Below, piece by piece: positions 12,450 to 22,074 of a DNA stretch of 64,000 nt. Within the stretch, counting starts at the first letter, position 1; the number at the start of each line of letters is the position of its first letter. The DNA is from Raillietiella orientalis (lineage: Eukaryota), in contig JAYWIR010000002.1 in assembly GCA_036172245.1 (NCBI GenBank), positions 5,952,001-6,016,000 of the forward strand, given 5' to 3'. The position numbers were made by a program, and so were the translations under genes. Below the pieces are notes generated by a model that saw only the letters and a program-made list of their open reading frames with translations, was not told where the DNA came from and did no database searches.

Positions 12450-13150
12450 CTTGGAAATATGCACCGTGCAGGTCCAAGCCAGGATCGTAAAGGGTCGGAA
12501 TGTTTCTCTGGCGAGCCTTTCCTCAATGTCCCCTTATTTCCACGTGACCTGTGAGCTGAAATCATCAGCAGTTCTCAAGAGCAGTGCAATGTTATGTAAG
12601 AGGGAAGATAATCTACAGTAGAACTCCTGCTGAACTCAGTTTGTTTAAATGAAATTGTTCCTGAGGAAGAAACATTTACGACTGATGAAATGTCCTGATT
12701 ACACAGAAGCTGCCATGTTTCACATATGCCATTGAGCACATCGACGGCTCAGCCATCGAGCGCGCATCGAGCAACTTCCAGATCAGATTGAAATCTTCAG
12801 GAGCAGTTTCAAAGTCGGCCAGTTAGAAGTCCTTGCTACCCTCCACCTGCTTCATAAGGATTCGGGAACTTGGCATCGGGTTCGTCGCCTTGTAGGTGGT
12901 GATCGCGTCTTGCATTCAGACAAAGGAAGCTTGGAAGCTGCATTCTGCCTGCGTCACAAAAGCAGCAGCTCTTTCTTCGCGCCGAACAGTCCGCTTGCGT
13001 TGCCTGGGGATCCGATTTCCTCATCAGCTTGCGAGCAGTTGCTGTTTTCTTTGGAAACCCATCGAATTCGCACTTTGAGGTGCATTTTTTCATCTCGCTT
13101 CCTCCAATTATAGAGAACGAAAATGAACCATCCATTCCAGTACCTTCCCC
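12450..13150 (-). pseudogene. Possible NACHT/NLR remnant
   Basis: CEFDGF resembles EI.GF. Downstream, HLNKLS/QQEFYC resembles the winged-helix motif F.HLS.QEF.A. Heavily decayed. Confidence 0.3.
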
Positions 13151-13789
13151 CTTCAACTGCTAAATATGCATGGAACCAGTTGAAACTAATTGGTCTCCTG
13201 GTCTTTGAAGGCAGGGCTTCACATTAAACAAACTAATGATTGCAGCTCACATTGTGGAATCTTTCTAATAAGCACGACGCATTTTCTTTTTCTTTATGGA
13301 ATTTTTCTCAAGTTTGATCGGAGAGGCGGGCAAAGCATCCGCTCTGCACATTCAGATCTTGTGATCTGCAGGGTTGATATGTGATCTGAATCGTTTGGGA
13401 AATGTGATTATGGAATTGAGTGGATATGAACCGGTTGCATCTCCTTGGCTGAACGCAGATCATCAGGAAGAATCTTCGAGAAGACAGACCGAGCCATAAG
13501 GCGAGCAGCATGAAAAGCGGGCATGCCAGATGTCAAACGCCAAGTGCTCCCCAACCGTTGCTAAGAGATGGAATCAGCCCCGTCGTGAAATGGAAACACC
13601 AACCATCCTTGCACTTCACCAGACCATGTTTAACCACGAGTTTCCATAGAGTTTGGCTGCTTGGCATCTTAACATCCATCGTGGCGCACTACCGACGAGC
13701 ATAGACTAACCGTATGTTGGTACGAAGTGGCTAGGGAGTAACCATGACGCCCAATCCGTTGTAGTCTTTCTTTCTGATGAGGAAATGTT

Positions 13790-14150
13790 TGAAAATGGTG
13801 GCTCATCGTCCGGTTTGCTTCCCCTTATGGTGGTGAATGTAAGAATGCATAGGGAGGCGGTCTGCATATTGGAGGAGGTGGGATTTAGTGGACTTGTTTG
13901 ATTTGTGGTGCCCTGTGAGATTGGGGTTGACTGGGGACCTTGTCACGTACGTGGCAATCGTGGGTATGGTAGTTTATGTAGTATTATATTTAGCTATGGT
14001 TACGTTACTAGGGGGACGTTACAGAGTGTATATGATGGGATTGATGACCCGTGGAAAGAAGGGGGTGTAGGGTGCTGATGGAATGTGTACATGTTGCGCG
14101 TGTAACAGCAAGGGTGGTCAGGATGATAACAGTTACGTATCGGTCGCGAA
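13790..14150 (+). pseudogene. nad4: NUMT nad4, 3' part
   Basis: MVAH/SGL resembles MIAHGLCSSGL, followed by MGSRS. CPVSLGLTGDL..LLGGRYSVYMMGLMTRGK resembles PPSLNLLGE..AAYSLYLYS.SQHGK. Confidence 0.7.
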
Positions 14151-14158
14151 GTAGTTTC

Positions 14159-15800
14159 ATGGGAATGAGAAGACTTTGTGGTATCGTAGGCAGTTTTGTC
14201 TTTGGTGCATATAATGGTCGCGATATTGGCTGTCAATGTGGGCTCGTGAGTCGTATTCTGCATGCAGTTATAGAGTGAGCAATTATAAGATTGGAGTGGG
14301 TTTTAATTTTGGATTATAAATTATTCGCGGAGTATGTTTCAGTGGTGTCTTATAGTTGGGAACACGTGGAATAGAGAAAGAAGCTTTTGGTGTTTTGGTT
14401 TATAGTATGGATAGTACTATTAATTGTGGGTGGGAGAATGGTGAGTATTAATTTAGGGCTAGGCGGATTGGGAATCATTTCTTATCGTCTAGCAATTTTT
14501 TCAGCAATCCGTTGGGGATAGAACTTTTGTTGATGGGTGTTGGTTGAATGGAACTGAAAGGCTCTTGAAATTGTATATTTTCAGAGGTCGACGGCTGGCG
14601 TTTCTGAGCAATCAACCCAGAATAAGGTCAGCTAAGAAGGCGCAGTTGCTACGCAGTGCTTGATTACCAGAAGCAGTAGCAGCAGCTTTGGTTCGTTCGG
14701 CTACTCCAGTTGCTATGGGAGCGTATTTTATGATTCGGTTAATGAGGTTCGGGCAATGAACAGTGCTATAATGTACATTGGTGTAGTGGCGATGATGTCT
14801 TCAGTAGTTATGGAAAGGACGAACGCCGGTGTAAAAAAAAAAAAAAAAGTTACTGCGCATTGCACTTCCAGGCAACTGGGGTGTCACATTTATGGGATCA
14901 GGAACACATACAGGGATCGTGGTTCATTGTCATTTGTTGATTCATGCTGCATTTAAGTCATTGATGTTTTTGTGTGAGGAATTGATGGGTAATTGCTAAG
15001 TGTAATGGAAAGCAAGATAGACAAGATGTGTGGGATATAGGAGTGGCATTTGCATGTTTAAGTGTGGTTTTTAACATTGGTGGTGATGGGTCTGATTGGA
15101 ATTTCCTTCTTTTTAAGGGATTATTGGATAGAGTGAGGATGATGTTCGACGTGGGATGGAACTCTTGAAGTGTTGGGAACGTGAGGAGTGATTTTCATGG
15201 TTATTTGTGGGTGTCGAAAGTTAGGGTGTTTGGTTAAAGGGACCGTTAGAGGGTAGGATTTAGTTATTATAGTGGGAGGTATAATGATTGTAGAGGAAGC
15301 TGAGAGATTCTTGTTGTCTATAATGAAAAGTATACGGCGATTGTAAGAACGATCGTTAGGTAGGATGGTGAGGTCAGTGGTGAAAGGTTGGAAAAGCGTA
15401 ACGGTAGTAATTACAGGGTAGCAGCTAATGACAGGTCTAATAGTTAGGGATTTGATAATGCGGATCGGTATGATAAGGTAATTCACTGATAAGGGGTGAA
15501 TGGTGTGTGTGGGGAGGGAGGGGGGTGATAAGTTAGGGTAGTTAATAAGATCAGAATGGGGAGTATTGTTTATAATATGTTAGAGAAGAAATGTAGCATC
15601 TTCCGTGATTTGTTATTCAAGATGAATCTTTTCAGTTTGGTCAGCTGCAGGATTTTCGAAATGGACGTGTTGAAATGTAGTTGCAGGTTAACGAACGGTA
15701 GCTTCAATTAGGAGTAAGGGTTGGTCAGGTTAGAATCCGGAAAAAGTGAAAATTCTTATTTTTACATTGAGAAGCATCTCTGGCAAGTTGAAGATTGCCT
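14159..15800 (+). pseudogene. nad5: NUMT nad5
   Basis: MVSINLGLGGLGIISYRLAIF resembles LISILLGWDGLGLVSYCLVIY. Also AKKAQLLRSAW(TGA)LPEAVAA/ALVRSATPVAMGAYFMIR at 14631-14738, KKVTAHCTSSQLG, HLLIHAAFKSLMFLC, and KGWSG at ~15715. Confidence 0.92.
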
Positions 15801-15820
15801 ATGATAACCTAAGGGTATTG

Positions 15821-15869
15821 AAGACATAATCGAAGGTCGAGACTATGACTGCATAATCACTTTATGTCT
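15821..15869 (-). tRNA. trnR: NUMT trnR(TCG) remnant with no T-arm
   Basis: Acceptor stem AGACATA/TATGTCT, D-arm GTG-ATTA-TGC, anticodon loop TCTCGAC. Lies directly downstream of nad3. Confidence 0.6.
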
Positions 15870-15874
15870 CGGAA

Positions 15875-16200
15875 TATTCATGAAATGGATCCAGTATGTA
15901 ATTCATATTTTAGTCCTGAGGTCAGGAGGAGAATCAGTGATAATGACCAAATGGCTATGGGAAATGAGCGCGAAAATGGGAAGTGAGGTAGAGGCAGGAA
16001 GATAGCTAGTTGAGTGTCAATGATTAAGAAAATAATAGCGATTAGGAAGAATTGGATGGAGAATGGGAAGCGTGCGTTGGTTTGAGAAGGGGAGGGGAAT
16101 CGAATCCACATTCGGAAGGGGATGGAGTGTTGTGGTTAAATGGTGGAGTGAGCTTAATGAGTATGATAAGTGAAGAGATAATCAGAACAACTAAAAGGGG
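15875..16200 (-). pseudogene. nad3: NUMT nad3
   Basis: PSPSECGFD, then after a frameshift [44 protein letters not shown]. Matches [38 protein letters not shown].W. Confidence 0.93.
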
Positions 16201-16204
16201 AGGA

Positions 16205-16260
16205 AAAAGAAATAAAGGTTCCTTGGAAAGAATGGTAAAACCGGGAATTACTAAGGAATA
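16205..16260 (-). tRNA. trnG: NUMT trnG(TCC) remnant
   Basis: Anticodon loop TTTCCAA with D-arm GTA..TAC, immediately upstream of nad3, which is the usual position for trnG. Confidence 0.5.
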
Positions 16261-16410
16261 GAAGTCTTTGAAGCGATCCCGTTGAGGATGTCAAATCTTC
16301 GGCTAATTTCTATGAGCATTAACTTGATTTCGAATTCAAATTAGAAATGTTATTTTAACCGTGATTTCAATGTCTTTTTAGCTTGTGGACAGAGAGGAGC
16401 ATTGAAGACG
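16261..16410. tRNA. Cluster of further degraded mt-tRNA-like stem-loops (possibly trnS and trnA; identity uncertain)
   Basis: On the minus strand, GAAGA-TTTGACA-TCCTC and a GTT-AAAAT-AAC D-arm followed by a TTGA..TCAA stem. An inverted pair TTCAATG/CATTGAA spans 16366-16406. Confidence 0.3.
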
Positions 16411-16424
16411 CTTAGGAGAATAGC

Positions 16425-16530
16425 GTGCAGTTTAGTAGCGTTGGTTGGGGTTTAACAGTGGTATGCATGAGCTTAGTTGGGATGTTCTCAGCATTTTTAT
16501 CCCGAAGGGATAACGTGTTATGTTACGCTA
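16425..16530 (+). pseudogene. Possible NUMT nad4L 5' remnant
   Basis: CMSLVGMFSAFLSRSDNVL loosely resembles GL.SFVS.RKHLL. The G/T skew continues to ~16530. Confidence 0.3.
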
Positions 16531-17830
16531 AGAGAACCAGTCTTTCTTTCCTGTGCTTTCTTTTCCAGTGCATCCGTGCTGTATACCCTATAAGATCGCA
16601 GGTATGGGAACAAGGAGGGAAAAAAATCGCGCGAAATGTCAATATCACGGAGGAATTTCAAAGGAAAGATTCTGAAATACGAGTAAGAGAGAGAGCATAG
16701 GAATCTGTAGCGACGGAAGAGAGAAGCAAACGAGGCCAGAAGTTTCGAGAAGATGGCGGAATCCTGTAGCAACGGAAAATGTGGAACCGAAGATGTGGAG
16801 TCTGTGACGGTGGATTTAAGCCTGGAACGCTCTTCAACCCTTTGGGTTCCCTGGACGCATAGACGCGTCCGACGAAAACTAGCTGCGGACGCTGTGGACG
16901 CACGTATGCATTCGACGAAAATGATCGGCGTGGACTGTGGACGCATAGATGCGTTTGGCAAATGTTTTTACCGTATGCTCGCGACATAAGTTAGCACTGT
17001 CCATGTTTGAGATGGACACATACAATTGCGTTCTTATCATTCCCTTAGCGACGACAGTAAGCAAAATTCAGTTTATACCGGCTAACTGTTCGAGAATGAT
17101 ATTATAGCTGTGCCGTATACAATTGATCATAGTGTACAATTATTGATTTTATTGGAATGATAATTACAATTTTTTAAGAAAGGATGTATGTTTGGGAAAA
17201 TTTCATTCAGCGTGGTGTAAATAAACAGTTACAGTGTTAACTTTAATGAGCACTTTATGTGGTCAATGGGCACCTCGACAGAGCACGCGGTACGCCAAGA
17301 AGCATTCCGTCCACTCGCGTGCCGTCAACACGGAACGTTTCAATCTGATGAAGTCCGCACCCAAAGGGTTAATTTGAGCAATGAAGGATGAAAAGCCGAC
17401 CGCACTGGTAAAAAAAAAAAAAAAAAAACAGAAAGAAAAGAAAAGAAAAGAAAAAGAAGGAACAAAAAATGTGGAATCAGTGCGAGAGAAGAAAATTTTC
17501 TTCTAAGAGGGAATGAAGTGTTCGAGTGATTGAAACGCCTGATCTTAGGGAGAGGGCAGTGGGTACTTCTATAGAGGGTACTTCTATAGAGGATAACGCA
17601 GACATATTAGGAGGTTAGCAAAAAGCTGATTTGCGAATTAACTTCGAATCTCTCATGGAAGAACCATCACAAGAAAGGGAGAAATGAAAAGATTTCGAAA
17701 GCATAAACGCGATTGCTGCAAATTTAAATGTCCACATTTAAATTTTTTCGGGAGGACTTTTATTGGAAGGACGCCCACCTCTTTGCCCCCGAAGGAATGC
17801 ATCCCGGAATGCGGACTTGGAACAGAGCGT
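16530..17830. other. Non-mitochondrial insert splitting the NUMT
   Basis: The skew is lost and no mitochondrial motifs are seen. Contains a poly-A/(GAAAA)n tract at 17410-17457 and a 15-bp tandem duplication at 17561-17590. Confidence 0.6.
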
Positions 17831-17932
17831 GCCTGTTGCCTGGAGAGGGTAGGTTGGATGGAGCGCTATGGACGGAAGTGAATTGAGCGCGTCTCGGGGT
17901 CCGCGTGAGTGCAGGGGAAATGGGCGCTGGGT
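17830..17932 (-). pseudogene. Possible NUMT cox3 5' remnant
   Basis: Lies directly after the end of atp6. HFPCTHADP weakly resembles HPFHLVDPSPW. Confidence 0.3.
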
Positions 17933-18558
17933 GTGCATAGGGAGGTAAGAGTGGGGAAAATGAAAACCTGGATAGGAGCTGCGGTTAGCTCCAGAGTTAC
18001 ACTTGGGATGGAGGGCATGAGATTAACGGGATTGTCTGAGAGTTTGATAGTGAGGATGTGGCCGGTGGTAATGTTGGCTGTGGGTTGCAGGGAGGGTTAT
18101 ATCGATCGGTTGGATTGTCAGTCTTGTGGTTTCTAGGAGTGGGATAAGGAGAGATGAATATGTTGGGTACCTCTTGGGGTGAGGAGGTTGAGAAATTGTG
18201 AGGGGTTGTGGTAGATGGAGAAGAGTATTCTAAAGGATCAAAGTGGGATGGCTAGGGAGAGAGGTATGAAAAGGTAGGAGGATAATAGGCAAGTGTGTGG
18301 TGCGTGCCATCATAGATTAATAGGGGTAAGAATGGTGAATAGAACAATGAAAATTCTAACTGAGGAGTAGTTTGGGGATGTATGCTGATAGTGGTTTAGT
18401 CGCTTGAATTGAGAATAGGTTTCAACATTGACGGTAAGGATGAATCCTATGGGGTGTGAGACGAGTAGGATAGTAGCAATGGATGTGAATGAGATGGAGT
18501 GGTGAGAACAGGCGAAGGGGAGGCCTAGTGGAGAGAAAATGGAGTTCATCGGGGTCAC
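17932..18558 (-). pseudogene. atp6: NUMT atp6
   Basis: Starts MNSIFSP. LLTPSGTQ resembles HLVPQGTP; LLETTSLTIQP..PTANITTGHILT resembles IETIS.IIRP..RLTANMIAGHLL; LELTAAPIQVFIFPTLTSL resembles LESAVA.IQSYVF..L..L. Confidence 0.9.
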
Positions 18559-18649
18559 TTTGTTTTTTTGGACAGCCGATGGTAGATGATGGTTACGAAG
18601 AGGTGATGACGGTGGAACGAGGAAGGAGAGGGATGGGTGCGTGGGGCAT
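18555..18649 (-). pseudogene. atp8: NUMT atp8
   Basis: ATG at 18649 gives MPHAPIP, resembling MPQMAPI. Lies between trnD and atp6. Confidence 0.6.
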
Positions 18650-18659
18650 CGAGAGTGCG

Positions 18660-18717
18660 GTGGAATGAGCGGTGGCAACTCTGACTCGACAAGTCGTGCC
18701 TTAGCCAAAGTCCTAAC
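18660..18717 (-). tRNA. trnD: NUMT trnD(GTC) remnant
   Basis: GAC-TTGTCGA-GTC anticodon arm, in the canonical position upstream of atp8. Confidence 0.6.
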
Positions 18718-18724
18718 CCCCGGC

Positions 18725-19335
18725 CGATTCTCGCAACGAAGCGTTGGGAGCTGATGAAGTCGAGCCGGACTGGCATGAGCCTGTGACTGGTGCCTCTAAT
18801 CTTGCAGCATAGGCCACAGGGAGGTCCTGGTTCTCCCAGGACGATGGATTGTCTACTCTGGCGGCCATTGACTGGACTTTGAATCCTAAGGAGGCGAAAG
18901 TTAACGAGTAGGGGGGGGCAGCGTGTGGGGTGCCACCATTATGCGGATGAATGACGTGAAGGGGCGATTAGCGTGCCGGGAATCGTGGGCGAGTCCAAAT
19001 TGATGTTTGCAAACATTCCGCACATCCAGAATCACCGGTTCGGGGTCGGCTCGACTGTGAGGGCCCTCGACCATCGTTTCTGTCTAGGAGGCAGAGGATG
19101 CGGACAGAGGGGATGCGACTCGTAGAAGGACGAGTGAAGGGACGAAAGTTCAAATGAATTCTGGGGAGATGATTGATTAGAAGGAGGCTGGTATGTGACC
19201 TCTGTGAAGTCAGAGGTGGCTAAATACATTGCATAGAATCAGCAGACAAATGGTGATTAGAAGTGTTATGGTGTAGTTGTGAGATGTTCTATGAAGGGGG
19301 AGTGTGAGCTTAGGAATATGAGTGAGAATGTGAAT
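18725..19335 (-). pseudogene. cox2: NUMT cox2
   Basis: Begins SHSPFMEHL. EFIW(TGA)TFVPSLVLLRVA/PSVRILCLLD resembles EIIWTILPA..ALPSLRLLYLLDE; PGPPCGLCCKISGTSHSLMPV resembles [21 protein letters not shown]. Confidence 0.92.
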
Positions 19336-19375
19336 GAATATTGGATGTGAATTCGAAGTCCAAATATTGGAATCA
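19335..19375 (-). tRNA. Short tRNA-like remnant between cox1 and cox2 (possibly decayed trnL2)
   Basis: TCCAATAT resembles the trnL2 5' end TCTAATAT, followed by a TGGA-CTTCGAA-TTCA stem-loop. The anticodon now reads TCG, so identity is uncertain. Confidence 0.35.
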
Positions 19376-20800
19376 TGATGGAGGCTCCGAGAATGATGGA
19401 CTTGTAGACGGGGAGTCATTCTAGTGAGCTCCATGCTGATGGGTGATCGATGGTCAGTAGGCTGTTGATTAGTCTTTCTAGGGTGTCGGATACGAGGAGG
19501 AGTGGATGATATTGTGTTTCAGAGGCGAGAGATGTCTGGAGAACCCGAGTAGCGTCGTAGGACTCCTGAAAGTCGTAGGAAGTGTTGGGCGAAGAAGCGA
19601 ATAGTAGGTGACGTCAAGTAGGGAGCAGAGTTGAGGGATGAACTCGTGATTGGGAGTATCTGTGGATAAGATCAGCAATGAAGGAGAAAATACGGCTGCT
19701 ATGGATGGAATGTACTGGAAATGTCTACGACTTAAAAGGCATCGTCGGCTGAGCTATTGATGGATGTGCTGACCAGGGTAATCCCGGTCTCCAGTGGTGA
19801 ATAGGAAGATGAATACTATGATTCCGAATAGAGAGGGATGTTTCATGAGAAATTGCTGATCCAAGTAGCGTACATTACGGTCATCCGAGGATCTTGACGC
19901 CTGTTTGGGATGACGATGATTACAGTGGCTAAGGTGGAGCAGGCTCGCGTGACGATGGCGAATTCTACGGCGAATATGTGATGGGCTCATCTAAAAAAAA
20001 CCAATGGCAGCTATGGCATAGGCCATGCCCAGTGCGCCACGGATTTTTTTTTTTTTTTTGGCCTTTCTCAATTTATATGGAAGTCATTCCGATGTCTGGG
20101 AAAGTAAAATGTGAACTGGAGGCTGTCTGAAAAATCAGAATAGATGCTGGGATAGGATAGGGTCTCTTCCTCCTGTCGGATCGAAGAAAGATGAACTGAA
20201 ATTTCGGTCCAATAAGAGTATGTCAATGGATGCTGCCAGGACGGGTAAAGCTAAGGTTAGGAGGAGTACAGCGGTGATACGCACGGATCATAGTCGGCGA
20301 GGGACTGGGGAGAAGGATGTGTTTGAAGGTCGTGTGCTGATGGTGGTGGTAAAGTTGATGGATGCGATCAGTTGGGATCCTTTTTTATGGGTGGACCAAA
20401 GGGAGAGTTTGGTCTGCGGGACGGGTTTATCTTTCTCCTGGTTCTTTTGAGTATAAGGTGCTGGGAAGCATCATACAGAAGACTGGACATAAAAGTCAGA
20501 ACCTGAAATTGCTTAGGCGTGGCATGTCCAGTGTACCAAAGTATCAGGGGGGGCAAGTCAGCTGCCGAAACCTTCTATTATGGCTGGTTTTGCTAAAGAA
20601 AGAGAGTTGTGGTTAAAGCGTAAGCGGTGGTGATGGTGTCGTAGAATTCGTTGTTGCTAGTGACAGAGAATGTGGCTTGAAGAAGTTCTACACGGTTGAC
20701 AAATCTTAAGGGGGTTCCTGGAATGCCAGCTCAGATTCCGAAGATGAAACAGGATGTTCCCATGTCTTTGTGATTTGTGGACACGAGTCATGTTTCGAGG
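19375..20800 (-). pseudogene. cox1: NUMT cox1
   Basis: [22 protein letters not shown] near the start; [54 protein letters not shown] in the middle; SSLEWL near the end. TGA reads as Trp throughout. Many indels. Confidence 0.97.
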
Positions 20801-20807
20801 AAATCTA

Positions 20808-20865
20808 TAAGATCTTGGATGTCCAGATTTGAAGGCTGGTAGTTTATTATTTGACTTTTAATCTT
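20808..20865 (-). tRNA. trnW: NUMT trnW(TCA) with a TV-replacement loop (no T-arm)
   Basis: Folds as AAGATTA-AA-AGTC-AAATAATA-AACT-A-CCAGC-CTTCAAA-TCTGG-ACATCCA-AGATCTT-A. Confidence 0.8.
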
Positions 20866-20871
20866 AGGGTC

Positions 20872-20930
20872 ATGGAATGGTGTAGAGTGCACCTTAGTTT
20901 CAGTGAAGTGTTCATTTGGTACTCAGTATT
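20872..20930 (+). tRNA. Possible NUMT trnQ remnant
   Basis: TGGTGTAGAGTGCAC resembles the arthropod trnQ D-arm, and it is on the minority strand as expected. The anticodon is not recognisable. Confidence 0.3.
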
Positions 20931-21500
20931 TAATGCAATAGTTGTAACAGCATCTTCAAAAGGTCAAGAAAAATATGCTTTGAATAATATAATACCCTGA
21001 ACGCTTAGATAACCAATAAATAATTAATAATGTATAATATAATAAAGATACGTACTTGAAATGATAAAATGAAAAGCTATGAGATTTGGACAATTTTAGC
21101 TTATGAATTTGGATTCAGATATGGATATATGTGCGTACGCTACATGTAGAAGGAGGCAGGAAAGATGGATTCTATTCGTAAAAATGTCTTTGTATTGATT
21201 GATTATACTGAATTTTTTTTTTTGGCATTTGCATAAAAATCAAGAAACAGTTTACTGGGAGCATTTTGCTTGCAGAAAAGAAGGCGAATTCTTTAGAGCT
21301 CCATAAATCAATTAATTTGCTAATTGAACAGAAACAGATTAAATTTAGGATCTAATTATGCTTCGGCTGTTGGTTATAATTTTCTCCAACAGCAATAGAG
21401 TGCGCAGAAATTTTAAAAAGAATGAATAGATGGATTTTAGTGTTGATGGAAAAGGAAAATCCGAATGGGCTGGAAGTTGCTCGGAAATTCTGCCTACCGT
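20930..21500. promoter_or_regulatory. AT-rich segment, candidate mitochondrial control-region relic
   Basis: Lies upstream of rrnS. Contains TA(A)-rich runs, T11 at 21213-21223 and the hairpin GCTGTTGG-12 nt-CCAACAGC at 21366-21393. Confidence 0.4.
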
Positions 21501-22070
21501 GGGCAGAATTTTCCAGAATTTCCCACATGCCCGTAGTTGAGGTTCGACGTGAAGATCTAAATTGCTGCCGATACCTCTTGATTTTAGGGGAAGGTGATTC
21601 CGTAGGAATTGTAGGTTTCGTACGTAGGTGTCACCAAGGTTCAGGCTATTGTTTGTAAAGTAGCGTTGGGTGTTCTAACATAAATAATGGATAATGGGGA
21701 GATGAGAAAGGGGACTTGCATGATGTGCGGCACTGAGAATCATTAGGAGAGTTTTCTCAGTAATTGATATTTCATGAGGAACTCACCTTTTCAGTGTTTG
21801 TGTATCCTTGTTTTGATCGTTTGAGAGTCATTGATTTTCCCAATAAAGAGTGGGGAAGAGTCCTAATCAAGAGGCGGCATGAAAAGGGGTAAGAGTGAAC
21901 CACGGTAGGTCAAATTGGGATGCATGGGTGTGATTTTGTGTTGAAATAGGGTGCGATTGGAAATCCGTTGGAGAGGGACGGGTTCGATCACGGAGTGCAA
22001 ATCTCCCGTCGCCTTGGTGTGGATTCGACAGGTCGTAACACGCTGGGTGTACCGGAAGGTGTACCTAGGC
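21500..22070 (+). rRNA. rrnS: NUMT 12S rRNA remnant
   Basis: The 3' end GTGCAAATCTCCCGTC..GACAGGTCGTAACACGCTGGGTGTACCGGAAGGTGTACCTAG matches the conserved SSU terminal helices. GTAATTGATA at ~21760 also fits. The 5' boundary is uncertain. Confidence 0.85.
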
Positions 22071-22074
22071 AAGG

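Noticed and set aside
15121..15486. 121-aa hydrophobic minus-strand ORF resembling a mitochondrial membrane protein
   Set aside because: It is the antisense shadow of nad5, whose motifs flank it on the plus strand.
17330..17400. Hammerhead-like CTGATGA...GAAA (also at 13774-13810)
   Set aside because: No convincing stems I and III or NUH cleavage site could be built.
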